Source: the human T2T-CHM13v2.0 reference genome, Homo sapiens
NCBI RefSeq assembly: GCF_009914755.1
Contig: NC_060930.1
DNA length: 64,000 nt
Reading direction: 5' to 3' (one strand)
Shown: piece after piece, positions 42,171-56,500 of the stretch
Position numbering within the stretch: the first letter of the stretch is position 1
How the letters are laid out: every line of letters starts with the position of its first letter
Position numbers and translations under genes: made by a program
The notes under the pieces: generated by a model
Database searches by the model: none
Told to the model about the DNA's origin: nothing
What the model saw: only the letters and a program-made list of their open reading frames with translations

Positions 42171-43208
42171 GGGTAATATCGGAATCTTGACAATATTAAA
42201 GCTTCCAATCTATGAACACAGGATGTCTTTCTACTTATTTGTATCTTCTTTGATTTCTTTTAGCAAAGTTTTATAGTTTTCAGTGTATAAGTCTTTCTCT
42301 TATTTGCTTAAGTTTACTCCTAACTATTGTAATTTTTGATGCTATTATAAATGGACTTATTTTTATAATTCCTTTTCAAATTTTGTATTGTTAGTGTTTA
42401 GAAACACAAATAATTTTCTGTGCTGATTTTGTATCCTGCAACTTTGCTGACTTTATTTCTTAGTTCTAACAGTGTTTTGTGCATGTTTGAAACCTTTAGG
42501 GTTTTCTACATATAAGATTGTGTCATCTGCAAACAGAAATAATTTGACTTCTTCCTTTCCAATTTGGATGCCTTCGATTTATTTTTCTTGTGTAAGTGCT
42601 CTGGCCAGGACTTTCAGTACCATGTTTAATGGAAGTGGCAAAAGCAAGCACCCTTCTTGTTCCTAATCTTAAAGGAAAAGCTGTCAGTCTTTTACCATTG
42701 AGTGTAATGTTAGCTGTGGGCTTTTTATCTATGGCCTTTATTATGCTGAGGTAGTTCTTTCTATTCCTAATTTAATGAGTGTTTTTGTCATAAAATAGTT
42801 TTGAATTTTGTCAAGTGCTTTTCTACATTAATTAAGATGATCATATGGGGTTTTCCCCCTTCATCCTATTAGTGTGGCATATTACATTAGATTGATTTTC
42901 ACATGTTGAAATCTTCTTGCATCCCAGAAATAAATTCCCATTCTTATAAAGCTGAATAATTACATGAATTTAATCAAAGGATTCAGTTTTCTGACCTCTG
43001 TGGAAGACATTAACGTCTTAGAGCAAAGTGCATAAGACAAAACAATGACTGCCATTCAACTCATGGATGAGTAAGAAGTATGTTGCTCAGAGTTTCTGAA
43101 TAAAATCAGCTGAAGCCTGAGCCATCCATCCTGGATTCTTCTGTGTTCCTCAGGAGAATGAATTTATAATGAGTAATTGGGAACTAGGAAGCTTAGTGTG
43201 ATATTTTC

Positions 43209-43535
43209 GTCCAGGATGTGTTGGCTCACGACTGTAATCCTAGCACTTTCGGAGGCTGAGGCAGCCTGAGCCTCCTGATCATGAAGTCAGGAGTTCAAGA
43301 CCAGCCTGGCCAAGATGGTGAAACCCTGTGTCTACTAAAAATACAAAAATTAGCCGGGCATGGTGGCAGGTGCCTGTAATCCCAGCTGCTCGGGAGACTG
43401 AGGCAGAGGGATGCTTGAACTGGGAGGCAGAGGTTGCAGTGAGCCAAGATCATGCCACTGCACTGCAGCCTGGGCAACAGAGCGAGACTCTGTTTAAAAA
43501 AAAAAAAAAAGAAAGAAAGAAAAGAAAAGAAAAAA
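43209..43535 (+). mobile_element. AluS
   Basis: full Alu with A-rich tail. Confidence 0.92.
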
Positions 43536-43959
43536 GAGAATCCTCAGCAACATCCCTAAGATGGACGTGGACAGAGCCCTAAGCAGTAGAGGTGATGGGT
43601 GTGCCCTACTCTTGGCTTTGCTACTATTCTTGTGCCCATACAAAGGCAGCCCAAAGAATAATAGCAACTCTCTATTTATATACCAACCATTAGCTCATCC
43701 ACATAGTCTCAGTGTTTATTAGCTCTAATTTTACAGAGGGATAAATTTAGGTCAATAGAGATGAAATGCTTGGCCAGAGGACATAAAATAAATGATAATG
43801 TGTGGCACTCCAAATCTAGATCCCTAGACTGGTAACTGGCTTTCTTTTCTATGCTGTTTCCTTGATTTAAAAAAATATTGTCTAAAAATTATTTATCAGC
43901 ACTTGTTTCTTAACCTTTAAGTACAAAATACACAAACATTACTTCAGCACTATTTTTCA

Positions 43960-46900
43960 CATACTACTTTAATTTTTTTAATGTCTGTCATGACATCATG
44001 CTCATCTAAGTTTCTCCTTCCTCACTGGTTGCTCCTTCTCAACATTCTTTACACATCTAGGTATTGCAGACTCCAAAGTCCCATCCTCATCCTCCTTTCC
44101 CTCTTTTTCTAGGAAGTCTCGTTCACTACCATCATTTCAAATAAAATCATTTTGCTGATAAAACTTATCTTCAGAACTTCAGGCAGATACATCCAACTGC
44201 TTACTTAACTTCTTCAGTGAGATGACTAGTGGGATATTCAAATAGAATATATCCAAAAGAGAAGTTAGAGTTTTCTTCTCAATATCTGCTTCTGCTATAC
44301 ACTTCCATCTCACCAAAATTGGAGGAGTTATCTTTTACTATCCAGTCTCCCTCACCACTCAACACTTCCATTAACTACAACTATATCCAAGCAAATACAT
44401 CAACTCTATGTCTAAAATATGTCTGGACTCCAACCACTCCTCTCCACCTCCACCACTACTGCCCTAGTCCACACCTCCACCTCTCTGGCCTGGACTACTG
44501 AAGCAGTCCATTAACTAGCCCACTCTGCTTCCAATTGATCCCAAGCATACCCATCTGATCCCAAGGCATTCTCCAGTCAGTAGATAGAATGATATTCTAA
44601 AAATATGTTAGATAATATCACTCCCAAATGCCCTCTAATGCTTCCCATTGCAAGTAGAATAAAATCTAAAATCTACACGATCCAGCCTCTGGTTTTCTCA
44701 CTGAACTCCTATCCTAGTATTTCTCCTTATTTATCACCTCCCAGCTAACTGGCATTCTTCCTGTTCCTCAAGCATGCTGTATTAGTCCGTGTTTGTGCTG
44801 CTGATAAAGACATACCTGAGACTGGACAATTTACAAAAGAAAGAGGTTTAATGGACTTACCGTTCCATGAGGCTGGGGAGGCCTCACAATTATAGTGCAA
44901 GACAAGGAGGACCAAGTCATGTCTTACATGAATGGCAGCAGGCAAAGAGAGAGCTTGTGCAGGGAAACTACCTGTTATAAAACCAACAGATCTCATGAGA
45001 CTTATTTACTACCATGAGAACAGCACAGGAAAGACCTGCCCCCATGATTCAATTACTTCCCACCAGGTCCCTCCCACAACACGTGGGAATTCAAGATAAG
45101 ATTTGGGTGGGGACATAGCCAAACCATATTATTCTGCCCTTGGCCCCTCTCAAATCTCATGTCCTCACATTTCAAAACCAATCATGCCTTCCCAACAGTC
45201 CTCCAAAGTCTCAACTCATTTCAGCATTAACTCAAAAGCCCACAGTGCAAAGTTTCATCTGAGACAAGGCAAGTCCCTTCTGCCTATGAGCCTGTAAAAT
45301 CAAAAGCTACTTGGTTACTTCCTAGACACAGTGTGGGTACAGGCATTGGATAAATACAGACAACCCAAATGGAAGAAATTGGCCAAAACGAAGGTGGTAC
45401 AGGCCCCATGAAAGTCTGAAATCCAGTAGGGTAGTCATTAAACCTTAAAGTTCCAAAATGATCTCCTTTGACTCTATGTCTCACACCCAGGTCACGTTGA
45501 TGCAAGATATGGTCTTAGGCAGCTCTGCCCCTGTGGCTTTGCAGGGTACAGCCTCTCTCCTGGCTGCCTTCACAGGCTGGCATTGAGTGTCTGTGGCTTT
45601 TCCAGGTGCACAGTGCAAGCTGTCAGTGGATCTACCATTCTGGTGTCTGGAGGATGGTGGCCCTCTTCTCATAGCTCCATTAGGCAGTGCCCCAGTAGGA
45701 ACTCTGTGTAGGGGTTCACACCCCATGTTTGCCTTCTGCACTGCCCTAGCAGAGGTTCTCCATGAGGGGCCCACCCCTGTAGCAAACTTCTGCCTGGGCA
45801 TCCAGCCATTTCCATACATCCTCTGATATCTAGGCAAAAGTTCCCAAACCCCAATTCTTGACTTCTCTGCACTCGAAGGCTCAACACCACATGGAAGCTG
45901 CCAAGGCTTGGGGCTTGCACCCTCTGAAGCCACGGCCTGAACTCTACATTGGCCCTTTCAGCCACAGCTGGAGTAGCTGGGACAAAGGGCACCAAGTCCC
46001 TAGGCAGCACACAGCACAGGGACCCTGGGTCTCGCCCACAAAACCATGTTTTCCTCCTAGGCCTCTGGGCCTATGATGGGAGGGGCTGCCATAAAGACCT
46101 CTGACATGCCCTGGAGACATTTTTCCCATTGTCTTGGGGGTTAACATTCAGCTCCTAGTTACTTATGCAAATTTCTGCAGCTGGCTTGGGTTTCATCTCA
46201 GAAAATGGGTTTTTCTTTTCTATTGCATTGTCAGGCTGCAAATTTTCCAAACTTTTATATTCTGCTTCCCTTATAAAACTGAATGCCTTTAACAGCACCC
46301 AAGTCACAATTTGAATGCTTTGCTGCTTAAAAATTTCTTCCACCAAATACTTTAAATCATCTCTCTCAAGTTCAAATTTCCACAAATATCTAGGGCAGAG
46401 GCAAAATGCCACCAGTCTCTTTGCTAAAACCTAACAAGAGTCACATTTGCTCCAGTTCCCAACAAATTCTTCATCTCCATCTGAGACCACCTCAGCCTGG
46501 ATTTCATTGTCCATATCATTATCAGCATTTTGGGCAAAGCCATTCAACAAGTCTCTAGGGAGTTCCAAACTTTTGCAGATTTTCCTGTCTTCTTCTGAGC
46601 CCTCCAAACTGTTCCAACCTCTGCATGTTACCTGGTTCCAAAGTTGCTTCCACATTTTCAGGTATCTGTTCAGCAGTGCCCCACTCTACTGGTACCAATG
46701 TACTATATTAGTCCATTTTCATGCTGCTGATAAAGACATACCTGAGACTGGGCAACTTACAAAAGAAAGAGGTTTAATGGACTTATAGTTCCATGTGGCT
46801 GGGGAGGCCTCACAATCATGGCAGAAGGCAAGGAGGACCAAGTCATGTCTTATATGAATGGCAACAGGCAAAGAGAGAGCTTGTGCAGTGAAACTTCCCC

Positions 46901-47400
46901 TTATAAAACCATCAGATCTCATGAGACTTGTTCACTATCACAAGAACAGCGTGGGAAACACCTGCCCCCATCATTCAATTACCTCCCACCAGGTCCCTTG
47001 CACAACACATGGGAATTCAAGGTAAGATTTGGCTGGGGACACAGCAAAACCATATTACATGCCAAGTTCATTTCAATCTTTCTCCCCCTTTGCTGGGAAC
47101 ATCTTCCCTGAAATTTTCTCATGGTTCTCACTTCCTCAACCCTAATGTCATCTTCTTTGAAAAAACTTCCTGGCCAGCTAAAAGATGTCACTATCACCCA
47201 ATTATTCTCTCTCTCAATAACCCAGATTTTTTTTAATATCATTTGCCTCTTTTTGAAATCATTGTATTTATTTGATTTGTTGGCTAATGATCTTCACCCA
47301 CCAGAACATCAGTTCTATGATGCTACAAACTTTTTCTTCTTCACCTCTAAATTTACAATGACTAGAATAGCACCTGTGGCAAGATAAGTGTATAATACAT
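43960..47400 (+). mobile_element. L2 (interrupted by THE1A)
   Basis: atccaactgcttacttaac..., ctctggcctggactactg..., tgttcctcaagcatgc|caag... continuing after THE1A to actagaatagcacctg. Confidence 0.7.
44778..47057 (-). mobile_element. full-length THE1A (LTR 44778-45131, internal 45132-46703, LTR 46704-47057)
   Basis: two ~354-bp direct LTRs with THE1A-type gggaattcaag junction; 5-bp TSD catgc at 44773-44777 and 47058-47062; ORF 45481..45933 is THE1-int. Confidence 0.95.
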
Positions 47401-47518
47401 ACATGCGAGGAAATGTATGACAAAACAAGGAAATATAGAAAACTAGTAAAATGTGAAAGAAGTTCTTAATGAAAAAAATTAGCCTTACTATCCAGAGATA
47501 GCAACTCTTCATACATTT

Positions 47519-47549
<31 letters not shown>

Positions 47550-48000
47550 TCCTCTCTCTTTGTCTCTATCTCATTGTGGCTATGCATGTGCATAATAAAT
47601 TGGCATCCTGCTTTTATCACTTGACGATGACTATTATGCGTATACTCACATCAACCGTAATTATTATAAAGTTTAAATATGTCAGTTTAAAAAAATTAAA
47701 ACGAGTAAACAGTAAACAATGAAAGTCATATCCTGTTCAATCCAGTTCCCAGAAGTAACTACTGTCAAGATTGGTATGTATTAGTCAATGGTTTTTCCTT
47801 TGTCTCTCTATATATACACACATACACAAACACATCACACACATATGTAAAATGTGATATAACATTATATATATATAGTATATATGTGTAGCTTTGTGGA
47901 AAAATAAAATCACAGAAATCAAACTTTTCCTTTTTATTGTAGAATATATTGAGATCTTTTCATGTCAGAATGCACTGAAAATTTTAAGTTATTTTCAATC

Positions 48001-50175
48001 TTTTTTTTTTATTATTATACTTTAAGTTTTAGGGTACATGTGCACAATGTGCAGGTTAGTTACATATGTATACATGTGCCATGCTGGTGCACTGCACCCA
48101 CTAACTCGTCATCTAGCATTAGGTATATCTCCCAATGCTGTCCCTCCCCCCCACCCCACCCCACACCGGTCCCCAGAGTGTGATGTTCCCCTTCCTGTGT
48201 CCATGTGTTCTCATTGTTCAATTCCCACCTATGAGTGAGAATACGTGGTGTTTGGTTTTTTGCTCTTGCGATAGTTTACTGAGAATGATGATTTCCAATT
48301 TCATCCATGTCCCTACAAAGGACATGAAGTCATCATTTTTTATGGCTGCATAGTATTCCATGGTGTATATGTGCCACATTTTCTTAATACAGTCTATCAT
48401 TGTTGGACATTTGGGTTGGTTCCAAGTCTTTGCTATTGTGAATAGTGCCGCAATAAATATACGTGTGCATGTGTCTTTATAGCAGCATGATTTATAGTCC
48501 TTTGGGTATATACTCAGTAATGGGATTGCTGGGTCAAATGGTATTTCTAGTTCTAGATCCCTGAGGAATCGCCACACTGACTTCCACAATGGTTGAACTA
48601 GTTTACAGTCCCACCAACAGTGTAAAAGTGTTCCTATGTCTCACATCCTCTCCAGCACCTCCAGTCATTATGATGTTTGCTGGTTATTTTGCTCATTAGT
48701 TGATGCAGTTTCTTCCTAGTCTCGATGGTCTTTACATTTTGGCATGATTTTGCAGCGGCTGGTATCGCTTGTTCCTTTCCATGTTTAGTGCTTCCTTCAG
48801 GAGCTCTTTTAGGGCAGGCCTGGTGGTGACAAAATCTCTCAGCATTTGCTTGTCTGTAAAGTATTTTATTTCTCCTTCACTTATGAAGCTTAGTTTGGCT
48901 GGATATGAAATTCTGGGTTGAAAATTCTTTTCTTTAAGAATGTTGAATATTGGCCCCCACTCTCTTCTGGCTTGTGGAGTTTCTGCCGAGAGATCCGCTG
49001 TTAGTCTGATGGGCTTCCCTTTGTGGGTAACCCAACCTTTCTCTCTGGCTGCCCTTAACATTTTTTCCTTCATTTCAACTTTGGTGAATATGACAACTAT
49101 GTGTCTTGGAGTTGCTCTTCTCGAGGAATATCTCTGTGGCGTTCTCTGTATTTCCTGAATCTGAATGTTGGCCTGCCTTGCTAGATTGGGGAAGTACTCC
49201 TGGATAATATCCTGCAGAGTGTTTTCCAACTTGGTTCCATTCTCCCTGTCACTTTCAGGTACACCAATCAGACGTAGATTTGGTCTTTTCACATAGTCCC
49301 ATATTTCTTGGAGGCTTTGTTTGTTTCTTTTTACTCTTTTTTCTCTAAACTTCCCTTCTCGCTTCATTTCATTCATTTCATCTTCCATCGCTGATAACCT
49401 TTCTTCCAGTTGATTGCATTGGCTCCTGAGGCTTCTGCATTCTTCACGTAGTTCTCAAGCCCTGGCTTTCAGCTCCATCAGCTCCTTTAAGCACTTCTCT
49501 GTATTGGTTATTCTAGTTATACATTCGTCTAAATTTTTTTCAACATTTTGAACTTCTTTGCCTTTGGTTTGAATTTCCTTCTGTAGCTCATAGTTTGATC
49601 GTCTGAAGCCTTCTTCTCTCAACTCATCAAAGTCATTCTCCATCCAGCTTTGTTCCATTGCTTGTGAGGAACTGTGTTCCTTTGGAGGAGGAGAGGTGCT
49701 CTGCTTTTTAGAGTTTCCAGTTTTTCTGCTCTGTTTTTTCCCCATCTTTGTGGTTTTATCTACTTTTGGTCTTTGATGATAGTGATGTACAGATGGGTTT
49801 TTGGTGTGGATGTCCTTTCTGTTTGTTAGTTTTCCTTCTAACAGACAGGACCCTCAGCTGCAGGTCTGTTGGAGTTTGCTAGAGGTCAACTCCAGACCCT
49901 GTTTGCCTGGGTATCAGCAGCGGTGTTTGCAGAACAGTGGTTTTTCGTGAACTGCGAATGCTGCTGTCTGATAGTTCCTCTGGAAGTTTTGTCTCAGAGG
50001 AGTACCGGGCCGTGTGAAGTGTCAGTCTGCCCCTACGGGGGGGTGCCTCCCAGTTAGGCTGCTCAGGGGTCAGGGGTCAGGGACCCACTTGAGGAGGCAG
50101 TCTGCCCGTTCTCAGATCTCCAGCTGTGTGCTGGGAGAATCACTGCAATCTTCAAAGCTGTCAGACAGGGACATT
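48001..50175 (-). mobile_element. L1PA3-like element, 5'-truncated, nearly all ORF2 deleted
   Basis: poly-T, 3'UTR with GAG diagnostic, ORF2 C-terminus, then an abrupt jump at 48660 to ORF2 start, ORF1 and partial 5'UTR; TSD ttattttcaatc/ttatttttaatc. Confidence 0.93.
48732..49745 (-). pseudogene. L1 ORF1p, in frame over 337 codons with one premature stop
   Basis: ORFs 49455..49745 and 48732..49388 share a frame; MGKKQSRKTGNSKKQS...RPNLRLIGVPE...YPAKLSF...QNHAKM; TGA at 49455-49457 where consensus has CGA. Confidence 0.93.
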
Positions 50176-52490
50176 TTCATTATTTTTAATCTTTATATTT
50201 GCTGCATGGTAGGGAGAGAGGTAAGCCAACAAGAAGCAAATAGATTGTTGTTTCAGAGGGGTTCAGGAGTGAAGGACAAACTATATCTCTGAAGGCAAAG
50301 ACTCAGGGTGGGGTTGAGCACAGAAGGATAGATTTGAAATCTACAAGAAGCATCTAGACGGCCATTTCCTCTTCCCCACTACACAGTCAAGTGACTAGCT
50401 TTTCCCAGCCTTGTCAGAAGGCAGAATAAGGCATATGCTGAAGACAAATGCTTTACATTAAAGTCTACAAATCCAGTGGTGAAACTCCTAGCCCATTCTC
50501 ATACTGGCTTGTAGGATTATAACAACCAGGCTATGCCATCCAGGCAAGAGACCGGAAGATTCTTCTCCAAGAAAACTAATCACCCCAATATACTGGCAAC
50601 TTGGAGTACTTCGTGAAAACAGATTTACCTTCTTACCCTATGATGAGTCCCACTAGTTGAGCCCAAACAACATATGTGGAGCTTCCAAACTAAAATTTTT
50701 TTTATGTCTCACTCTTAAATGTAAATAAGTAACCAAGGAACATCAAGCATCCAAGAAAAGCCTTGAAATTCAAAAATAAAGACAAAATATGTACATAAAC
50801 AAACAAAAGATGAAGCTAAAAAGAAAAAGAGATGTGGAAAAGACCAGAAGTAGACATCTGAGGGAAAATGGTGGGTAGGAGGCAGGACTAAGTTGCATTT
50901 ACCTCTCAGGTGGGCAGAACAGTGTATGGAGACTCACATCATGAATTTTTGATCCATGAACCACTGCCAGAACATACCAGAAAAACTGAAAGAATTCACA
51001 GACCCTTTGAAAGAAGTGGTTTGCCACTGCAAACTCCATGAGACAGCCAAAAAACTGTGAGTGCTCAAAGTGTGCGTGGTGGAAAGTCCACCTCTGAACA
51101 CACATCCTCACTGGGAAACATGAGAATCCAAATCATGGGAGAAGGATTTAACCTTACCTAGAGCTGAAACAAATTTAGAGAGCCAAGCAAAATATAAAAG
51201 TAGAAGAAGCAATGGGAAGAACCCTATAGGCACTCCTGGTGCCCAGGGAAGCCATTTCTGACTTTAACTCACAGGGGTCCTTGGAGAGGGTAGCCAGTGG
51301 AATTGGGGAAGGGCCACAGGGAGAAGAAGATTTCTGGTTGAACTTTGTAATAATTTCAACTGAATGTGAATTTTCCTGCCAGGGGTGGGGGTGTGGGCAG
51401 GAAGTGCAAATATGAGCACAGAAGGCATGCAGGCAGGAAGGGGCGAGACCTGAAAATTCTGCTTGCTTTCTCAGTGTGGATGGAGGCTTATAGCCTGGGG
51501 CAAGATTTCAGCCCTATGCACTGGAGGCCTGGGTATAAATTTGGCTCTGTTAGCTGCTGGGGGAGCATAGTGGGAGTGAGACTGGCCTTGCTGGCTGTGT
51601 GGGAGCTGAGTGAGGCCTGTCACTCCCAGCTTTCCGCGACTTTCCTGGCAACCTGTACAAAGCAGCAGAGGTAGCCATAATCCCCCTTGAAACATACTCT
51701 ATTGGTCTGAGAGCCATCCCCCCATCACCTGACAGTGGCCACAGCAAGCCCCACCCAAAAAGAGTCTGAACTCAGACGCACCTAACCCTGCTCCCACCTG
51801 ATGAATGATCTTTCCCTACCCATACTGGTAGCTGAAGCCATAAACCCATGAAGGCTCTATGGCACTACCTATCACCTGAGAAACCCAAATACTTATCCAG
51901 GCAGCCTTAGGGCAAGCTTGTATCCCCCACCCCATACTACCACGGTTGATGATCTCTTGAAAGCTCCACCTCGTGGCTGCAGGCCAATTAACTCAAGCCA
52001 TTACAGCAACTCATAACAGAACAACCCTGCTCCAAGGAAGGAGAAAACAACAGCTAATTCCACCACCTGTAACATTCTGGCTAACCAGAGGTCCTGAGTC
52101 TGTCCACATGACAACTTCACTGCTGGCATAACCAACATTTGAGAAAACCAGTGCACTAAACAAAACTACAACCAAGGATACTCAGAGTCCACTTCACTCC
52201 CCTGCTACCTCCACTGCTGCAGGTGCTGGTATCCATGGCTGAGAGACCTGAAGATGGATTACATTACAAGACTCTTTGCAGACACTCCTCAGTACCAGCC
52301 TGGAGCCCAGTAGCTCCACTGGGTGGCTAGCCCCAGAAAAGCGATAACAATCACTGTAGTCCAGTTCTCAAGAAGTCCCATCCTTAGGGGAAGGTGGAGA
52401 GCACCCCATCAAGGGATGACCCTGCGGAACAAAAGAATCTGAACAGCAGCGCTTGAGTCCATGATCTTTCCTCTGACATAGTCTACCCAA

Positions 52491-53530
52491 ATGAGAAGGA
52501 AAGAGGCAAACAATTCTGATAATATAACAAAATAGGATTCTATAATACCCCCCAAAAGATCACACTAGCTCACCAGCAATAGATCAAACCAAGAAGAAAT
52601 CTCTGAATTGGCCGAAAAAGAATTCAGAAGATTGATTATTAAGCTACTGAAGGAGGCACTAGAGAAAGATGAAAACCAACTTAAAGACATTTAAAAAATA
52701 ATCGAGATATGGATGAAAAAATCTCCAGGGAAATAGATATCATAAATAAAAAACAATCACAACTTCTGGAAATGAAAAACACACTTAGAGAAATGCAAAA
52801 TACACTGGAACATTTCAACAATAGAATAGAACAAGTAGAAGAAAGAACTTCAGAGCTCAAAGACAAGCTTTTGAATTAACCCAATTAGATAAAGACAAAG
52901 AAAAAAGAATTTTAAAAAATGAACGAAGCCTCCAAGAAGTTTGGGATTATGTTAAATGACCAAACCTAAGAATAACTGGTGTTCATGAGGAAAAAGAGAA
53001 ATCTAAAGGCTTGGAAAATTTATTTGAGGGAATAATCGAGGAAAACTTCCCTGGCCTTGCTAGAAACCTAGACATCTAAATACAAGAAGCTCTAAGAACA
53101 CCCAGGAAAGTCATTACAAAAAGATCATCACCTAGGCACATAGTCATCAGGTTATCTAAAGTCAAGATGAAGGAAAGAATTGTAAGAGCTGTGAGGTAAA
53201 AGCTTCAGGTAACCTATAAAGGAAAAGCTATCAGATTAGCAGCAGTTTTCTCAGCAGAAATCCTACAGGCTAGAAGTGTTTGGGGTCCTATCTTAAGTCC
53301 CCTTAAACAAAACAATTATCATCCAAGAATTTTGTATCCAGTGAAACTAAGCTTCATAAATGAAGGAAAAATAGTCTTTTTCAGACAAACAAATGCTGAG
53401 AGAATTTGCCCCTACCAAGCCAGAGCTGCAAGAACTGCTAAAAGGAGTTCTAAATATTAAAACAAAACCTCAAAATACACCAAAATAGAACCTCCTTAAA
53501 GCATAAATCTCACAGGGCCTATAAAATAAT
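52491..53530 (+). pseudogene. L1PB ORF1 remnant
   Basis: atgagaagg start; ccaaacctaagaataactggtgtt (PNLRITGV), tatccagtgaaactaagcttc (YPVKLSF); multiple stops. Confidence 0.85.
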
Positions 53531-53571
53531 AACACAATAAAAAAAAGCAAGGTATTCAGGCAACAACTAGC

Positions 53572-56500
53572 ATGATGCATAGAATAGTACCTCACATCTT
53601 AATACTAACATTAAATGTAAATGGCATAAATATTCCACTTAAAATATGGATGGATAAGAATTCACCAACCAAGTATCTGCTGCCTTCAAGAGACTCACCT
53701 AACACATAAGGACTCTTGTAAATTCAAGGTAAAGGGATGGAGAAAGATATTCCATGCAAATTGACACCAAAACGAGCAGGAGTAGCTATTCGTATATCAG
53801 ACAAAATAAACTGTAAAGCAACAACACTTAAAAAAGACAAAGAGGGACGTGGTATAATACTAAAGGAATTATTCCAACAGAAAAATATCACAATCCTACA
53901 TACATAAGTACATAACACTGGAACTACCAAATTTATCAAACAATTACCTCTAGACCTAAGAAACAGGATCGACAGCAACACAGTGATAGTGGGGTACTCA
54001 ATACTCCATGACAGCACTAGAGAGATCATCAAGACAGAAAGTCAACAAAGAAACAATGGGCTTAAACTATACCCTGGAACAAATGGAGTAACAGATATTT
54101 ACAGAACATTCTACTCAACAACTGCAGAATATACATTCTATCCATCAGCACATGGAACATTCTCCAAGATGGATCATATGATAGGCCATAAAACAAGTCT
54201 TAACAAATTTAAAAAAATCAAAATTATAGTAGGTACACTCTCAGACCACAGTGGAATAAAATTGAAAATCAGCTCCAAAAGGAACCCTCAAAATCATGCA
54301 AATGCATGGAAATTAAATAATCTGTTCCTGAATGATCGCTGGGTAAACAATTAAATCAAGAGGAAAATTTAAAAATTCTTTGAACTGAGTGATAATAGTG
54401 ACACAACCTATCATAACCTCTGGAATACAGCAGAAGCAGTGCTAAGAGGAAAGTCCATAGCCTTAAATGCCTACATAAAAAAGTCTGAAAGATCACAAAT
54501 AGACAATCTAAGGTCACACCTCAAGGAACCAGAGAAACAAGAGCAAACCAAACCTAAATCCAGCAGAAGAAAATAAGTAACAAAAATCAGAGCAGAAGTA
54601 AATGAAATTGAAACAAACAAACAAAAATACAAAAGATAAATGAAACGAAAAGCTGGATCTTTGAAAAGCTAAACAAAATTGATAGACCATTAGTAAGATT
54701 AACCAAGAAAAGAAGAGAGAAGATCCAAATAAGCTCAATTAGAAATGAAGCAGGAGATATTACAACCAATAGCACAGAAATACAATAAATCATTCAAAGC
54801 TATTATGAACACATTTGCACACACAAAGTAGAAAACCTAGAGGAGATGGATAAATTCCTGGAAATATATAACCCTCCTAGACTAAACCAGGAAGCAATAG
54901 AAACTCTGAACAGACCAATAACAAGCAGTGAGATTGCAATGGTAATAAAAATTGCCAACAAAAAAAAGTCCAGGACCAGATGGATTCACAACTGAATTAT
55001 ATCAGACGTTCAAAGAAGAACCAATACCCATCCTACTAAAACTATTCCAAAAGATAGGGAAAGAGGGAATTCTCCTTACTCTATTAAGCCACTGTCACTT
55101 CAATACCAAAACTAGGAAAAGACATAACAAAAAAAGAAAACTACAGTATCCCTGATGCAAAAATCCTCAACAAAATACTAACTAACCAAATCCAATAGCA
55201 TATCAAAAAGATGATCCACCACGAACAAGTGTGTTTAATACCAGGGATGCAAAGATTGTTTAACATAGACAAGTCAATGAATGTGATACACCACATAAAC
55301 AGAATTAAAAACAAAAATCATATGATCATCTCAATAGATGCAGAAAAAACATGCAACAAAAAAATCCAGTATCCCTTTATGATTAAGACCCTCAGCAAAA
55401 TCGGCATAGAAGGGACACACCTTAAGGTAACAAAAGCCATCTATGCCAAATCCACAGCCAATATTATACTGAATGGGGAAAAGTTGAAAGCATTTCCCCT
55501 GAGAACTGGAACAAGACAAGGATGCCCACTCTCACCACTTCTATTCAACATAGTACTGCAAGTCCCCACCAGAGCAATCAGACAAGAAAAAGAAATAAAG
55601 GGCATCCAAATCGGTAAAGAGGAAGTCAAATTGTCCCTGTTTGCTGATGATATGATTCTATACCTAGAAAACCTGAAAGACTAATTCAAAAAGCTCCTAG
55701 GTCTGATAAATGAATTCAGTAAACTTTCAGAATACAAAATCAATGTACACAAATTAATAGCACTGCTATACACCAACAGAGGCCAAGCTGAAAATAAAAT
55801 CAAGAACTCAACCCCTTTTACAATAGCTGCAAAAAATAAATAAATAAAATACGTAGGAATATACCTAACCCAGGAGGTGAAAGACCTCTGCAAGGAAAAC
55901 TACAAAACACTACTGAAAGAAATCATAGATGACACAAACAAATGGAAGCACATCCCATGCTCATGGATGGGTAGAATCAATATTGTGAAAATGACCATAA
56001 TGCCACAAGTAATCTACAAATTCATTGCAATTCCCATCAAAATACCACCATCACTCTTCATAGAACAACAACAAAAAAAAATCCTAAAATTCATGTGAAA
56101 CCAAAAAAGAGCCCATATAGCCAAAGCAAGACTAAGCAAAAGAACAAATCTGGAGGCATCACATTACCTGACTTCAAATTATACTATAAAGCTATAGTCA
56201 CCAAAACAGCATGGTCCTGGTATAAAAATAGGCACATAGACCAATGGAACAGAATAGAGAACCCAGAAATAAACCTAAATACTTACAGCAAACTGCTCTT
56301 CAACAAAGAAAACAAAAACATAACCTGGGGAAAGGACACCTTATTCAACAAATGGTACTGGGATAATTGGCAAGCCACATGTAGAAGAATGAAACTGGAT
56401 CTCTCACCTTATAAAAAAAATCAACTCGAGATGGATCGAAGACTTAAATCTAGGACCTGAAACCATAAAAATTTTAGAAGATAGCATTGGAAAAACTCTT

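Noticed and set aside
45481-45933. 150-aa ORF
   Set aside because: Standard THE1 internal sequence, not a host gene
55211-55684. Reverse transcriptase ORF as an active or novel RT system
   Set aside because: Fragment of a decayed L1PB ORF2 with flanking stops, frameshifts and an Alu insertion
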